DNA of 64,000 bases from OM182 bacterium BACL3 MAG-120619-bin3 (GTDB lineage Bacteria > Pseudomonadota > Gammaproteobacteria > Pseudomonadales > Pseudohongiellaceae), in the NCBI GenBank assembly GCA_001438145.1, contig LICD01000001.1, positions 197 through 64,196 on the forward strand, written 5' to 3'. The notes beneath the pieces were generated by a model, which saw only the letters and a program-made list of their open reading frames with translations, was not told the DNA's origin and did no database searches. Every line of letters begins with the position of its first letter. Position 1 is the first letter of the stretch. Positions 17,435 to 27,475 of this stretch are shown here, in pieces. The translations under genes were made by a program, and so were the position numbers.

Positions 17435-19435
17435 CTAATTAGGCCTAGGAATGGGGCTGAAATAGAATTCGGTGATTAGACTATTTGTCACCTCGCCACT
17501 ATCACTCACTAGTTCGAGTTGGAGTGTATGCGCGCCTGGACTCAAATCACCTGTCTCTATTTGGTAGCGGTAACCCAACTGGGGAAATTGAGAATCCAGC
17601 AGCGCCCCTGCAACGATGTCCAGATCTGTGCGCTCGGTTCTTGAGCCCGAATAGGGCGCAGACTTCCCGTCGATTAACACACGAATCAGGTCGACTTTGT
17701 TCCCTTCTGCAAAAGCCCAGCCGCTGACTGTAAAGTTCTCTGCCACGCGCTCGCCGGCAGCCGGTGAATCAATCCATCCCCGCGCTGGAATCGAGCACTC
17801 GATGGGTTGAGCGGGCTCGGCTATGTGGATTGCGTAAAACGAAAATCGTTTGGCGCCTCCTACAAGGTCGATCTGCTGCAAGAATTTGAGTCCTACGGAT
17901 ACGGCGCAGGCATGCTGGAGCAGCGCTCTTTTCTGCCCAAAGTTTAGGGTGCTGTCCTCTGTGATTAGCAGCGCTGGCGAGTTTTTATTGTCGATCAGCG
18001 CTTCCGTATCCATGCCCCAGAGCGAAAGCTGAAGCGCGCGGCCGTCGCGGACCGCTTTTTCAGTGTCGAGCGTGTAAATTGAGTTGGGCTCTCCGAGTTT
18101 GGCGAACGCGAGTTGCGCCGCTGTATAGTAATTGTCGGTCACGATGAGTGGCGGCTCTTCAAAATGAGCCGCGACGACAAGCCGCGTTTCAGCGGCAAAC
18201 GGCGCCCAACCAGCCATTTTTGTCGAAAGCACCCCCATCCCTAAAATCGGTTGCAGCTGCGTGTGCAGCGACTGCGATCCCACGCCGATAAGTGCAGTCA
18301 AGCTGCCCAGATAGCCTATGCCGAAAAGCAGAGCGGTGACCCTGCGGCCTATCGCGAAAGACGACGTGAGCCTGCGAAGCGCAGCTGGCGCATAGATTAG
18401 AAGCGGTATATACCCAGCGAGGGGCCAGTGGAGGGTTGTGCTGGTTGGGTCGCTAAACGGGGCTAGCGCGGCGTAGAGAACTATATGCAGCGCGGCAATA
18501 AGGGCAACAAGCCTTGCATTAGGTTCGGCACTTCGAAGTAATCCGAGGCCGGTAGCTAGCAGCAATCCGTACAAAAGTGGTGTCGATAGCAGCGCTTGCT
18601 CGAATAAGTGTAGCAAGCCCGCAGGACGAAACTCCCAAGGATGGCGGTCGACTAGGTAAAAAGCGAGACTGCCCATCTGATGGCTCGCGTTGAATAAAAT
18701 GACCGGTACGAGGCCAGCCGCTGCAATGACGAAAGCGATTAAGGTCCGGGGATTACGCCATAATTGTCGCGACGAAGAATCCCACAGGAGTAATAAAACA
18801 GCGCCTGCGGGGAAAAGGCTAAATCGGTAATGCGTTGAGAGCCCGAGGGCAACGACGACACCTGTCGCAAGCCAGTGTGTGAGCGAATCGGTTGCTCTTG
18901 CGCGGATGAAAAACCCGATAGCTAGCAGCCCTAAAAAGACTAGGGGAACGTCGGGGACGGCGAGAAGACCAAGCGAACTGGCGAGCGGGAGGCAAAGAGA
19001 CAGGAGTGCCGCTTCCCGCGCCTCGGCCTTGCCGACTAGAGGCAAAGCCGTCCAGTAGAGAACAGCAGGAAGGCTGCAGCCTATCAGGAAGAAGGGCAGA
19101 CGCACGGCGAAAGGCGTATCGCCCAAGACCGCAGTGCCGAGACCTGCCAATAACGAGCTCATGAAAGGAAGGTCGCTGTAAGCAAGTGCGGGACGAGTCG
19201 ATTCGAACCAGTAGAATATTTCGTCGCTGTAGAGCTCTAGGCGGAATGCGAATAGCGCTTTTAGAGCAAAGATCAATGCGCCGAGGGGCCACAGCCAGTG
19301 GCTAGCCAAATGCCGCAGTGGGTCTGTTGGAATGCTCATTTGGGATTGCTTCACGCAGCTCTCGTTGTTTCCATCGTTCTCATTGTTCTCATTGCTGTCA
19401 TTATTCATAGTGTTGACGTCAATCAAACGGGTCAC
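17435..19435 (-). CDS. GT39/GT83-like (ArnT/PMT-type) membrane glycosyltransferase with C-terminal Ig-like soluble domain
   Basis: The YSDEIFYWFES...LAYSDLPFMS loop after TM1 is typical of dolichyl/undecaprenyl-phosphate-sugar transferases. More than 10 TM helices. The start is uncertain: GTG 19435, ATG 19408 or ATG 19339. Confidence 0.7.
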   Translation of the reverse strand: MTRLIDVNTMNNDSNENNENDGNNESCVKQSQMSIPTDPLRHLASHWLWPLGALIFALKALFAFRLELYSDEIFYWFESTRPALAYSDLPFMSSLLAGLGTAVLGDTPFAVRLPFFLIGCSLPAVLYWTALPLVGKAEAREAALLSLCLPLASSLGLLAVPDVPLVFLGLLAIGFFIRARATDSLTHWLATGVVVALGLSTHYRFSLFPAGAVLLLLWDSSSRQLWRNPRTLIAFVIAAAGLVPVILFNASHQMGSLAFYLVDRHPWEFRPAGLLHLFEQALLSTPLLYGLLLATGLGLLRSAEPNARLVALIAALHIVLYAALAPFSDPTSTTLHWPLAGYIPLLIYAPAALRRLTSSFAIGRRVTALLFGIGYLGSLTALIGVGSQSLHTQLQPILGMGVLSTKMAGWAPFAAETRLVVAAHFEEPPLIVTDNYYTAAQLAFAKLGEPNSIYTLDTEKAVRDGRALQLSLWGMDTEALIDNKNSPALLITEDSTLNFGQKRALLQHACAVSVGLKFLQQIDLVGGAKRFSFYAIHIAEPAQPIECSIPARGWIDSPAAGERVAENFTVSGWAFAEGNKVDLIRVLIDGKSAPYSGSRTERTDLDIVAGALLDSQFPQLGYRYQIETGDLSPGAHTLQLELVSDSGEVTNSLITEFYFSPIPRPN
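19376..19402. repeat. 9-bp tandem repeat x3 (gttctcatt, gttctcatt, gctgtcatt) in the 5' end of the glycosyltransferase ORF
   Basis: Read directly. It encodes the N/E/D-rich stretch NDSNENNEN. Confidence 0.8.
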
Positions 19436-19446
19436 GGCTCATGGCG

Positions 19447-21600
19447 TTAAAGCTGTTTTACTGGGATCAGACCAGGGGGTAGTGCGCGCGAGCCTAGTCT
19501 TTTTAGTTGCTTGATGAATAACCCAAGCGCTAGCGTCATAGCAAGTATCCACACACCTGAGAATTGAGGATGGGCGGCAAAAGTGCCGATCTGATAGAGG
19601 GTTGTCGCTACGGCATAGGCAAGGCCGGTGCTCCAACTGAAAATAAGCAGCATATAGGGCCAGCCGGCTTCTTTTGCTACCGCACCGAGCACAGCGACAC
19701 AAGGCGCATAGAGGAGAACGAAGACTAAATAACAGAAGGCTGCAAACGCGCTAGGAAATAACTGCGCCATATTATTGAGGGTCTCCGTTTTGACCTCCTG
19801 CGCTTGGGCGACCGACTCGCGGTCGCTGACGTCGCCTATAGAAATACCAAGTGGATCGGCGAATGTCTCACCCAATGCGAAAAGCTCGCTGCCGATTGAC
19901 GCTACCGCCTCTTGCAGCGCGGCGCTCAAGTCTGGTGCCGAATTAGCAGTGCTAGGCCCCTCAGGGCTATAAAGGGCATCTAGGGTGCCGACGATAGCCT
20001 CTTTTGCAAACATGCCTGTGAAAAGGCCGACCGTCGCGGGCCAGTTGTCCTCGCCAATACCCATAGGCGTGAAGACCGGGGTTATCGACTTGCCGATCAC
20101 ACTCAATAGAGAGCGTTCGCTGTCCTCGTTGCCGAAGCTAAAGTCGCTCCCTATGGAATTTAAGAAGCTGAGAGCAACGACCACGGCGACGATAGTCTTT
20201 CCCGCGCGCACGATAAAGCCGCGCAGCCTAAACCAGGTCGTGATCATGATGTTGCGGGCGATCGGCAGATGGTAGGCCGGCATCTCTTGAAATGAGGGGC
20301 TAATCTCATCGGAGAAGAGTTGGCGTCTGAACACCCAGCCGGTGAAAACGGCAAGGCCGATGCCGAGTAAGTAAAGGCCGAAGACAATGTTTTGACCATT
20401 GCTTGGGAAGAAGGCTGCAGCGAAGAGCGCGTAAACAGTAAGCCTAGCGCCGCAGCTCATAAAGGGCGCCATTGCAATAGTCATCAGTCGATCGCTGTCC
20501 CGCGACAGGGTCCGCGTCGCCATTACCGCCGGTACGTTACAGCCGAATCCAACAATAAGGGGAACAAACGCGGTACCGGGTAGGCCGATGCTTGCCATTA
20601 GCCTGTCGACAACGAAAGCGGCCCTCGCAAGATAGCCTGAGTCTTCCAAGAATGAGAGGCAGAGGTAGAGAAAACCAATGACAGGGATGAAAGTGGCGAC
20701 GAGTGTTACGCCCCCGCCTAAACCGTCGGCGATTAAGGTGCTCAGCATCGCAGGGGCGCCGAGTGAGTCAAGCAACCACCGACTGCCATCAATGAGTACT
20801 GCGGCGAATAGGATGTCGAAAAAATCGATAAACACGGCGCCGAGATTAACCGCCACGGCAAACATGAGGTAAATCATAAGGAGGAACAGGGGGAAACCTA
20901 GCCAGCGATTGAGAACGAGTGCGTCTATACGTTCGGATGCGCCATCAGCGCCAAGGCTGACCTCTACGACACCATCGAGCAGCTGCCGTGATCTGGAATA
21001 ACGCCTCACCAATGCCTCTTCATCTTCGAGTTCTATGCGCTGCTGGCTCAAGTCTGCAGACATTGCGCTGCGTCTTGGTTCTTCGATTGAGTGTTCGTCT
21101 TTAGCCGAATCCTTCTCTGCGGCAAGTGCAAGGTGCAGTTCCGCTATACCAATGCGGCGCGCCGCAACCATATCGATAACAGGTACGCCGAGCCGCGCAG
21201 AGAGCTCGCGGGTATTGACGATAAGCCCTTGCTGGGCAGCGACATCGAGCATGTTGGCGACGACGAGAGTTGGAATGCCACGTTCGAGCAATTGCTGCGT
21301 TAACACGAGGCTGCGTTCAATGTTGCTAGCATCGATAACATTGATCACAAGGTCGCTTTCGCCTTGCTGTAGATACTCCTGTGCGATTTTCTCGTCGAGC
21401 GCTTTAAAATCTTCACTCAGGGAGTAAACGCCTGGAAGGTCGACCAGTTCATAGTCTTGCGCCTCAAGCGAGAAGAAACCGACCTTCTTCTCAACGGTAA
21501 CGCCCGGCCAGTTCCCCACTTTCTGCCGCCCGCCGGTGAGAAGGTTGAAAAGCGTTGTCTTGCCACAGTTGGGGTTCCCGAGTAGGGCGACTTTTTTCAT
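19447..21600 (-). CDS. feoB: ferrous iron transporter FeoB
   Basis: N-terminal G-domain MKKVALLGNPNCGKTTLFNLLTG...NWPGVTVEKK, followed by a polytopic permease domain. Confidence 0.95.
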   Translation of the reverse strand: MKKVALLGNPNCGKTTLFNLLTGGRQKVGNWPGVTVEKKVGFFSLEAQDYELVDLPGVYSLSEDFKALDEKIAQEYLQQGESDLVINVIDASNIERSLVLTQQLLERGIPTLVVANMLDVAAQQGLIVNTRELSARLGVPVIDMVAARRIGIAELHLALAAEKDSAKDEHSIEEPRRSAMSADLSQQRIELEDEEALVRRYSRSRQLLDGVVEVSLGADGASERIDALVLNRWLGFPLFLLMIYLMFAVAVNLGAVFIDFFDILFAAVLIDGSRWLLDSLGAPAMLSTLIADGLGGGVTLVATFIPVIGFLYLCLSFLEDSGYLARAAFVVDRLMASIGLPGTAFVPLIVGFGCNVPAVMATRTLSRDSDRLMTIAMAPFMSCGARLTVYALFAAAFFPSNGQNIVFGLYLLGIGLAVFTGWVFRRQLFSDEISPSFQEMPAYHLPIARNIMITTWFRLRGFIVRAGKTIVAVVVALSFLNSIGSDFSFGNEDSERSLLSVIGKSITPVFTPMGIGEDNWPATVGLFTGMFAKEAIVGTLDALYSPEGPSTANSAPDLSAALQEAVASIGSELFALGETFADPLGISIGDVSDRESVAQAQEVKTETLNNMAQLFPSAFAAFCYLVFVLLYAPCVAVLGAVAKEAGWPYMLLIFSWSTGLAYAVATTLYQIGTFAAHPQFSGVWILAMTLALGLFIKQLKRLGSRALPPGLIPVKQL

Positions 21601-21664
21601 TATTCAGTGCTTCAGTTGGGTGCTGTGGGGAGTGGGGTAAACGACAGGTTTAAGTTTGGCGAGC

Positions 21665-21967
21665 TTAACCTGTCTGGGCTGGCTGCAGTTGGATAGCCGA
21701 AGCTTCACGCCGCCGTATGCTAACAGAACTGCCTCCCACGCGAACTTGCATAGGGTCTCCTAATGGCGCGACGCGCAGTGTGGTTATTTTGGCGCCTGGC
21801 ACAAAGCCGAGCGCATAAAGCCGGCGCTTGAGTTCGGGATTATCGCCCAGCACACACTCGATGTAACGCGCCTCCCTTGGCTTGAGTGTGTCGAGGCTTT
21901 GACAAGGCTCGCAGTGCGTCGCGGCGGCGGCGTTATGCCGAGGGTTCTCTGAAGAGGGTGCTGTCAT
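21665..21967 (-). CDS. feoA: FeoA family iron transport protein
   Basis: ORF trimmed to the ATG at 21967. SH3-like FeoA core RRLYALGFVPGAKITTLRVAPLGDPMQVRVGGSSVSIRRREA. Lies directly upstream of feoB. Confidence 0.85.
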   Translation of the reverse strand: MTAPSSENPRHNAAAATHCEPCQSLDTLKPREARYIECVLGDNPELKRRLYALGFVPGAKITTLRVAPLGDPMQVRVGGSSVSIRRREASAIQLQPAQTG

Positions 21968-22045
21968 AGTGGGCTTGTTTGTTCTCGGGTGACGATCAAT
22001 TAGACCGCATCGCGCGACGTGATTAAAGTAGTTGGTGTAAATACT

Positions 22046-22067
22046 TTTGACAATCATTCTCATTTGC
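22046..22067. promoter_or_regulatory. putative Fur box in the divergent feoAB / bfd-bfr promoter region
   Basis: gacaatcattctc matches 11 of 13 positions of the GATAATCATTATC part of the 19-bp Fur consensus. About 13 of 19 positions match overall. Both flanking operons are iron genes. Confidence 0.6.
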
Positions 22068-22104
22068 ATTTAGAATAGCATCAACGAATAGAGAGTAATA
22101 CCCC

Positions 22105-22293
22105 ATGTACGTGTGCATTTGCCGACAAGTAACCGACAACCAGATCCGAGAAACCTGCAAAAGCGGCTGCGGCAGCTTCAGTGATCTTCGCGCTCAGCTT
22201 GGCGTTGCTAGTGAATGTGGTCGATGCAGCAAACTCGCACGCAGTATCGTGAAAGAATTCGGGCGCACCTGCGCCCCTTCCCAGCCTGCCTAG
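22105..22293 (+). CDS. bfd: bacterioferritin-associated ferredoxin
   Basis: MYVCICRQVTDNQI...CGRC is the classic Bfd [2Fe-2S] four-Cys pattern. Confidence 0.9.
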   Translation: MYVCICRQVTDNQIRETCKSGCGSFSDLRAQLGVASECGRCSKLARSIVKEFGRTCAPSQPA

Positions 22294-22471
22294 AATTGTC
22301 TGTCTAGACTTATTGACTTCATTTACCTGCCAAAACCATGCGTCGCCGTTTGTCGAGAGCAGAGCGCGCGCAACTTGACTTTTTCGCGCGCAAATTACAC
22401 TCTCTAGAGCCACGATAAACTTACCCACCTAAAGAATATCAGACGCTAAAGGCGGCAATTTAGGAGCAGTT

Positions 22472-22936
22472 ATGAAATCTGACGCTACCGTACTCAAACA
22501 TCTCAACAGGGCGCTTGGCAATGAACTGGTTGCCATAAATCAGTACTTTTTACATTCGCGTATGTTTCAAGACTGGGGGCTGAATAAGCTCGCTGACAAA
22601 GAGTATGAAGAGTCGATAGACGAGATGAAACACGCCGACCAGCTCGTGCAAAGAATTTTGTTTTTGGAAGGACTGCCCAATCTACAATCGCTAGGCAAAT
22701 TGTTCATCGGCGAAAACACGCGTGAGATGCTCGAATGCGATCTGCAACTCGAAATGATAGCGTGCCCCGACCTGCGGGCAGGGATTGCTTACTGCGAGTC
22801 GGTGCAAGATTATGCGACGCGTGACCTACTTAATTCGATTCTTGTTAGCGAAGAAGAGCATGTCGATTGGTTGGAATCGCAGCTTGGGCTTATCGATCGT
22901 GTAGGGATTGAGAACTACCAGCAGTCGATGATCTAA
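22472..22936 (+). CDS. bfr: bacterioferritin
   Basis: [27 protein letters not shown]...[11 protein letters not shown]...EEEHVDWLE, giving the ferroxidase-centre ligands and the heme Met. Confidence 0.95.
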   Translation: MKSDATVLKHLNRALGNELVAINQYFLHSRMFQDWGLNKLADKEYEESIDEMKHADQLVQRILFLEGLPNLQSLGKLFIGENTREMLECDLQLEMIACPDLRAGIAYCESVQDYATRDLLNSILVSEEEHVDWLESQLGLIDRVGIENYQQSMI

Positions 22937-22988
22937 TCCTGTTAATCGTAATGAGCCATTCTTTAACGATTTTCGAGGTTAGACCACT

Positions 22989-23972
22989 TTGCCTAGCTCT
23001 ACCCACAACTCGCTGCAAGCGTGTATCGACCTCGGTTCTAACAGCTTCCATCTGCTGATAGCACAATGGACGCCAGAGCGCATAGAGATTATAGAGCGGT
23101 GTAGCGAGCGAGTGCAGCTAGGGGAGGGGGTTCGAGCCAGTGGCGCGATATCTCCGGCGGCCTTCGAACGCGGGTTGGACTGTCTCAAACGCTTTGATGA
23201 ATTGCTCGGTCGCTACCCGGTTGCGCGTTACTGGGCGCTAGGCACCAACACCTTTCGCGTCGCGAGTAATGCGCAAGCCTTTATTCGAGCGGCGGATCAG
23301 CTCGGCATCCACATCTCGCCCATTACTGGTACTCAAGAAGCGGTCTTGATCTACGCTGGCGTGCTTAGCGGGTTGCCGAAGAGCGCGGCGCGGCGCTTGG
23401 TTATCGATATAGGTGGTGGAAGCACCGAGGTTATTGTGGGGCATGGCTCCGCGCAGTTGTTCACTGAGAGTTTGGCAGTAGGCAGTGTTGCCTGGCGCGA
23501 CAGTTATTTTGGACAAGCACATCTCTCTGAGCAATCTCTCGAATTGGCAATGGAATCTGCGCTGGCTGATGCGCGCGCCGCATTCGCCAGAGTCGCACCG
23601 GCAGTCAAAGCGGCTGGCTGGGACGAGGCGTTTGCTGCCTCGGGCACGATTAAAATGCTGGCCTCTGTCTGCGAAGCTCATGGCTTCGGCGCCGGGCAGG
23701 TATCGCAAGAGGCATTGCTCGCCCTCAGAGGCACCTTCATCAAACAGGCGGTCTCAGGCGCTGCTTTAGCTGGACTGAAAGAGCGACGACAGGATCTGTT
23801 GCTGGCAGGCTGGAGTGTTCTGCTGGGTATTATGCAGGCCTATTCGATAGACAAAATCACCTTTAGCGCGACTGCGCTGCGCGAAGGGATGCTCGAATTT
23901 ATGATGCGCAATCAGCAGGCGCTTCGGATAATGGATAACGAGGACATGCCGCGGTTTAAACAGCGCGATTAA
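22989..23972 (+). CDS. Ppx/GppA family phosphatase (short form)
   Basis: TTG start with GAGG upstream. ACIDLGSNSFHLLIA and DIGGGSTE are ASKHA-fold phosphate-binding motifs. Confidence 0.85.
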   Translation: MPSSTHNSLQACIDLGSNSFHLLIAQWTPERIEIIERCSERVQLGEGVRASGAISPAAFERGLDCLKRFDELLGRYPVARYWALGTNTFRVASNAQAFIRAADQLGIHISPITGTQEAVLIYAGVLSGLPKSAARRLVIDIGGGSTEVIVGHGSAQLFTESLAVGSVAWRDSYFGQAHLSEQSLELAMESALADARAAFARVAPAVKAAGWDEAFAASGTIKMLASVCEAHGFGAGQVSQEALLALRGTFIKQAVSGAALAGLKERRQDLLLAGWSVLLGIMQAYSIDKITFSATALREGMLEFMMRNQQALRIMDNEDMPRFKQRD

Positions 23973-23999
23973 TTTTTCGAAAGCTGAATACCTACTCAG

Positions 24000-26165
24000 T
24001 TAAGCGAGCTTCTCTAGCAGTCTTTGTTGCACACCTTGAGCTGACTCTTGCGTCGTCGCATGCTGTATTTTCGTGTATTCGCCATCGGCTCCGAGCTCCC
24101 AACACTGAATCTCATCCTCTAAATGCCACTCAATTTCCGCCAGAATTCGACTCTGATGCTTCTTCTTTAGAATGGGGAAACAAACCTCAATGCGGTTGCT
24201 CAAATTGCGCTCCATCCAATCGGCGCTTGAACAGTAGAGTTGCTGCTCCGAATTTTTGAAATAATAGACGCGGGAATGCTCTAGGAACCGGCCGATAATT
24301 GAGACCACACGAATGTTTTCGCTGACGCCTTCGATTCCGGGTCGCAGGCAGCACATGCCGCGCACAATAAGGTCAACTTTAACGCCTGCGTTTGAGGCTT
24401 CGTAAAGCGCGCGTATCATCTCGGGATCGGTCAGGGCATTGAGCTTTGCAACTATTCTCGCTTCCTTTCCAGCCTCAGCTGCAGCCGCTTCTTCGGCAAT
24501 CATTTTGAGCAACGATTTTTTCAAATTGAACGGCGCGTGTATTAAGAGATTGGGGTGGATCTTCTTTCCCATGCCAGTGATCTGCTGAAAAACTTTATGC
24601 ACATCTGCGCACAGTGTCTCATCCGCTGTGAGCAGCGAATAGTCTGTATAGATTAACGAATTCTTCCGGTGATAGTTGCCAGTCCCTAAATGCGCGTAGC
24701 GCTTTAATTCATTGCCTTCGCGGCGGACGAACAGCAGCATTTTTGCGTGGGTTTTGTAGCCCATGACGCCGTACACAACCACGGCGCCGGCTTCTTGCAA
24801 GATGCTGGCGAAATTAATGTTTTCTTCTTCGTCGAAGCGAGCACGCAGTTCAATAACCACGGTCACCTCGGTGCCGAAGCGAGCTGCTTCGGCGAGCGCT
24901 TGCACCAGTTCAGACGATTCGTTTGTGCGGTAGAGCGTCTGTTTTATCGACAGGACAGAGGGGTCTTTCGCTGCTTGTCTAACCCAATCGATAACCGGCA
25001 GGAACGATTCATAGGGGTGTAAAAGCAATTGGTCTTCGCGTGCGACGGCGGCGAAAATCGACTGATGCTCCTCTAATACTTTTGGCAGGCCCGGTGTAAA
25101 TTTAGGGAAGCGCAGGTCTGGCCTGTCGACCATGCCAAAAAGCGCCATGAGTCGCTGTAGATTAACCGGGCCGTCGAGTGTGAACAGCTCTTCCTGAGTG
25201 AGATCAAAGCGGTCTAAGAGGAAATTAGTCAGCTGGGAAGGGCACTCGGCGCCGACCTCGAGTTTAGTCGCGGCGCCAAAGCGCCGGCTATGGAGTTCGC
25301 CTTTCAGCGCCATGGCGAAATCTTCGACTTCGACGTTGGACATCTCTAGGTCTGAATTTCGTGTAACTCGAAATTGATGGCATTCGGTCACGCTCATTCC
25401 AGGGAAGAACTCTTCGACATAGGCATGAATAACGGACGACAGGAAAACGAAATTGTCGCCGTCGGGCAAAATCTCGCGCGGGACCTTGATTAGCCGAGGT
25501 AGCGACCGCGGGGCAGGGACTATCGCAAGACCGCTGTCGCGACCAAAGGCGTCTTTGCCGTCCAATGACAGGATAAAATTGAGGCTCTTATTGACCAATC
25601 TCGGGAAGGGGTGGGCAGGGTCAAGCCCGAGTGGGCTTACTACTGGGACGACTTCATTGAAAAAATAGTCGCGAGTCCAATCTTTTAGGGCATCGTTCCA
25701 TTCATGGCGGGCCAGAAAGCGAATGCCCTCGCTAGCAAGAGAGGGGAAGAGGTCGTCATTTAAAATGCGGTACTGCTCAGACAGGGCATCTCGCACCTGC
25801 TGATGAAGAATCTTGAGTGTTTGTTCCGGGTATTGTCCATCTGCGCCGGGGCGCTGTCTGCCAAACCCGAGCTGCTTTTTCAAACCCGAGACACGAATTT
25901 CGAAGAATTCATCGAGATTAGAGCTAAAAATAAGAAGAAACATGAGGCGTTCGAGCAGCGGATGATTCTCGTCTTTCGCTTGCTCGAGGACTCTCAAATT
26001 AAATTTAAAATAGCTTAATTCCCGATTCTCGTAGTATTCGCTGTTGGCAAGATCTACTTCGCTATTACTGTCTGTGCTCACAACTTCGCTCTCATCGGTA
26101 GGATGGGCCGCAGCCGCCGGCTTGGCAGGTGCGGGATCGTGAGCAATGTACTGCGAAAATCCCAT
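24000..26165 (-). CDS. ppk: polyphosphate kinase 1
   Basis: YENRELSYFKFNLRVLEQA N-terminus. Autophosphorylation region GYKTHAKMLLFVRRE. Two PLD-like C-terminal domains. Confidence 0.95.
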   Translation of the reverse strand: MGFSQYIAHDPAPAKPAAAAHPTDESEVVSTDSNSEVDLANSEYYENRELSYFKFNLRVLEQAKDENHPLLERLMFLLIFSSNLDEFFEIRVSGLKKQLGFGRQRPGADGQYPEQTLKILHQQVRDALSEQYRILNDDLFPSLASEGIRFLARHEWNDALKDWTRDYFFNEVVPVVSPLGLDPAHPFPRLVNKSLNFILSLDGKDAFGRDSGLAIVPAPRSLPRLIKVPREILPDGDNFVFLSSVIHAYVEEFFPGMSVTECHQFRVTRNSDLEMSNVEVEDFAMALKGELHSRRFGAATKLEVGAECPSQLTNFLLDRFDLTQEELFTLDGPVNLQRLMALFGMVDRPDLRFPKFTPGLPKVLEEHQSIFAAVAREDQLLLHPYESFLPVIDWVRQAAKDPSVLSIKQTLYRTNESSELVQALAEAARFGTEVTVVIELRARFDEEENINFASILQEAGAVVVYGVMGYKTHAKMLLFVRREGNELKRYAHLGTGNYHRKNSLIYTDYSLLTADETLCADVHKVFQQITGMGKKIHPNLLIHAPFNLKKSLLKMIAEEAAAAEAGKEARIVAKLNALTDPEMIRALYEASNAGVKVDLIVRGMCCLRPGIEGVSENIRVVSIIGRFLEHSRVYYFKNSEQQLYCSSADWMERNLSNRIEVCFPILKKKHQSRILAEIEWHLEDEIQCWELGADGEYTKIQHATTQESAQGVQQRLLEKLA

Positions 26166-26307
26166 GTCTGTCGATTCTTGCCTGCGCGTTTGTGTGAAAA
26201 AACCGTAAAACTAGTCTAACGACATTTGCTCGAAAGGGTGTGACGATTAGATGACAATTAATTAATGCGCAGGTTTTGTTCCGGACTGAAAGACGTCCGA
26301 GCACGGT

Positions 26308-26336
26308 TTGTCATATTACTGTAATATTTTCGTCAT
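26308..26336 (+). promoter_or_regulatory. Pho box (three 7-bp direct repeats at 11-bp phasing)
   Basis: TTGTCAT-atta-CTGTAAT-attt-TCGTCAT compared with the CTGTCAT-N4-CTGTCAT consensus. About 90 bp upstream of the pstS ATG, in the ppk/pstS divergent region. Confidence 0.75.
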
Positions 26337-26425
26337 ATAGTCTTTTCCCATCTGAACCATTTAACGATGCTTTGTATACTCGCTCTAGCCTGTATCGAAA
26401 GATAAAATCTATAGGAATCAATTAG

Positions 26426-27426
26426 ATGAATGCCATAATTAAAAAGATTAGTTGCATCAGGCTTGTAGGCCTGGCCACAGTGGCGCTGTTAGGCAGCGCA
26501 CCGGCTGTCGCTGCAGACGTCGATTCAGCCATTCCGGTGTATGAGAGCACCAGTGGAGTGTCGGGCAACCTGTCGAGCGTAGGATCGGATACGTTGGCGA
26601 ACCTAATGACGCTATGGGCGGAGGACTTTAAGCGTGTCTATCCGAACGTGAATATTCAGATTCAGGCGGCAGGTTCGTCGACAGCGCCACCAGCTCTCAC
26701 CGAGCGTACCGCGAATATCGGCCCGATGAGTCGTGAGATGAAAGACAATGAGATCGAGGCATTCGAGTCTCGCTATGGCTACAAGCCTACTGCAGTGCCG
26801 GTAGCGATCGACGCGCTGGCGGTTTACGTGCATAAAGACAACCCGATCGAAGGCTTGTCTCTGCCACAAGTAGACGCAGTGTTTTCTTCTAATCAGCGCT
26901 GCGGCTTTGCTACCGATGTCGTTAACTGGGGGCAGTTAGGGCTCTCTGGTCCCTGGCAACAGCGCGGTATGCAGCTTTTCGGACGTAATTCTGTGTCGGG
27001 TACCTATGGCTACTTTAAAGAAGCGGCGCTTTGTGACGGCGACTTCAAAAATAATGTTAACGAGCAGCCGGGCTCTGCATCGGTTGTTCAGTCGGTGAGC
27101 ACTTCTATTAACGGCATTGGTTATTCTGGTATCGGCTATCGCACCTTTATCGCACCTCAAGCGTCCGTGCCGTGCCCATTGCGCGCACCGAAGGCGGCGA
27201 TTTCTTCGAGGCGACGCCTGAAAATTCGGTTGCGGGCAATTACCCGCTCGCGCGCTTCTTGTATGTCTATATCAACAAAGCGCCTAATACGCCGTTGCCG
27301 CCGCTCGAGCGTGAGTTCCTCAAACTGGTGCTGTCACAGTCTGGTCAAAATGTTGTGCTAAAAGATGGTTATATCCCATTGCCAGCCCGTGTTGTTGAGG
27401 GGACCCTGCGTAACCTCGGCATATGA
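26426..27426 (+). pseudogene. pstS: PstS-family phosphate ABC substrate-binding protein, frameshifted by an 11-bp tandem duplication
   Basis: ORFs 26426..27361 and 27172..27426 are the N- and C-terminal parts of one PstS-like protein (GSDTLANLM...; ...[14 protein letters not shown]...). tatcgcacct occurs twice, at 27137-27146 and 27148-27157. Removing 11 nt gives an uninterrupted 329-aa ORF reading ...[18 protein letters not shown]... Confidence 0.8.
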
Positions 27427-27475
27427 TTCGCTCTCGAGGCTAGAAAAGACTTACAAACGGTCTTCTGTCACGGGC

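Noticed and set aside
22081-22428. 115-aa ORF on the minus strand overlapping bfd
   Set aside because: It lies antisense to a textbook Bfd ORF that has the four-Cys 2Fe-2S motif. It has no motif of its own and no RBS, and it spans the bfd-bfr intergenic region.
27172-27426. 84-aa ORF as an independent gene
   Set aside because: It is the authentic C-terminal part of PstS, displaced by the 11-bp duplication, and not a separate gene.
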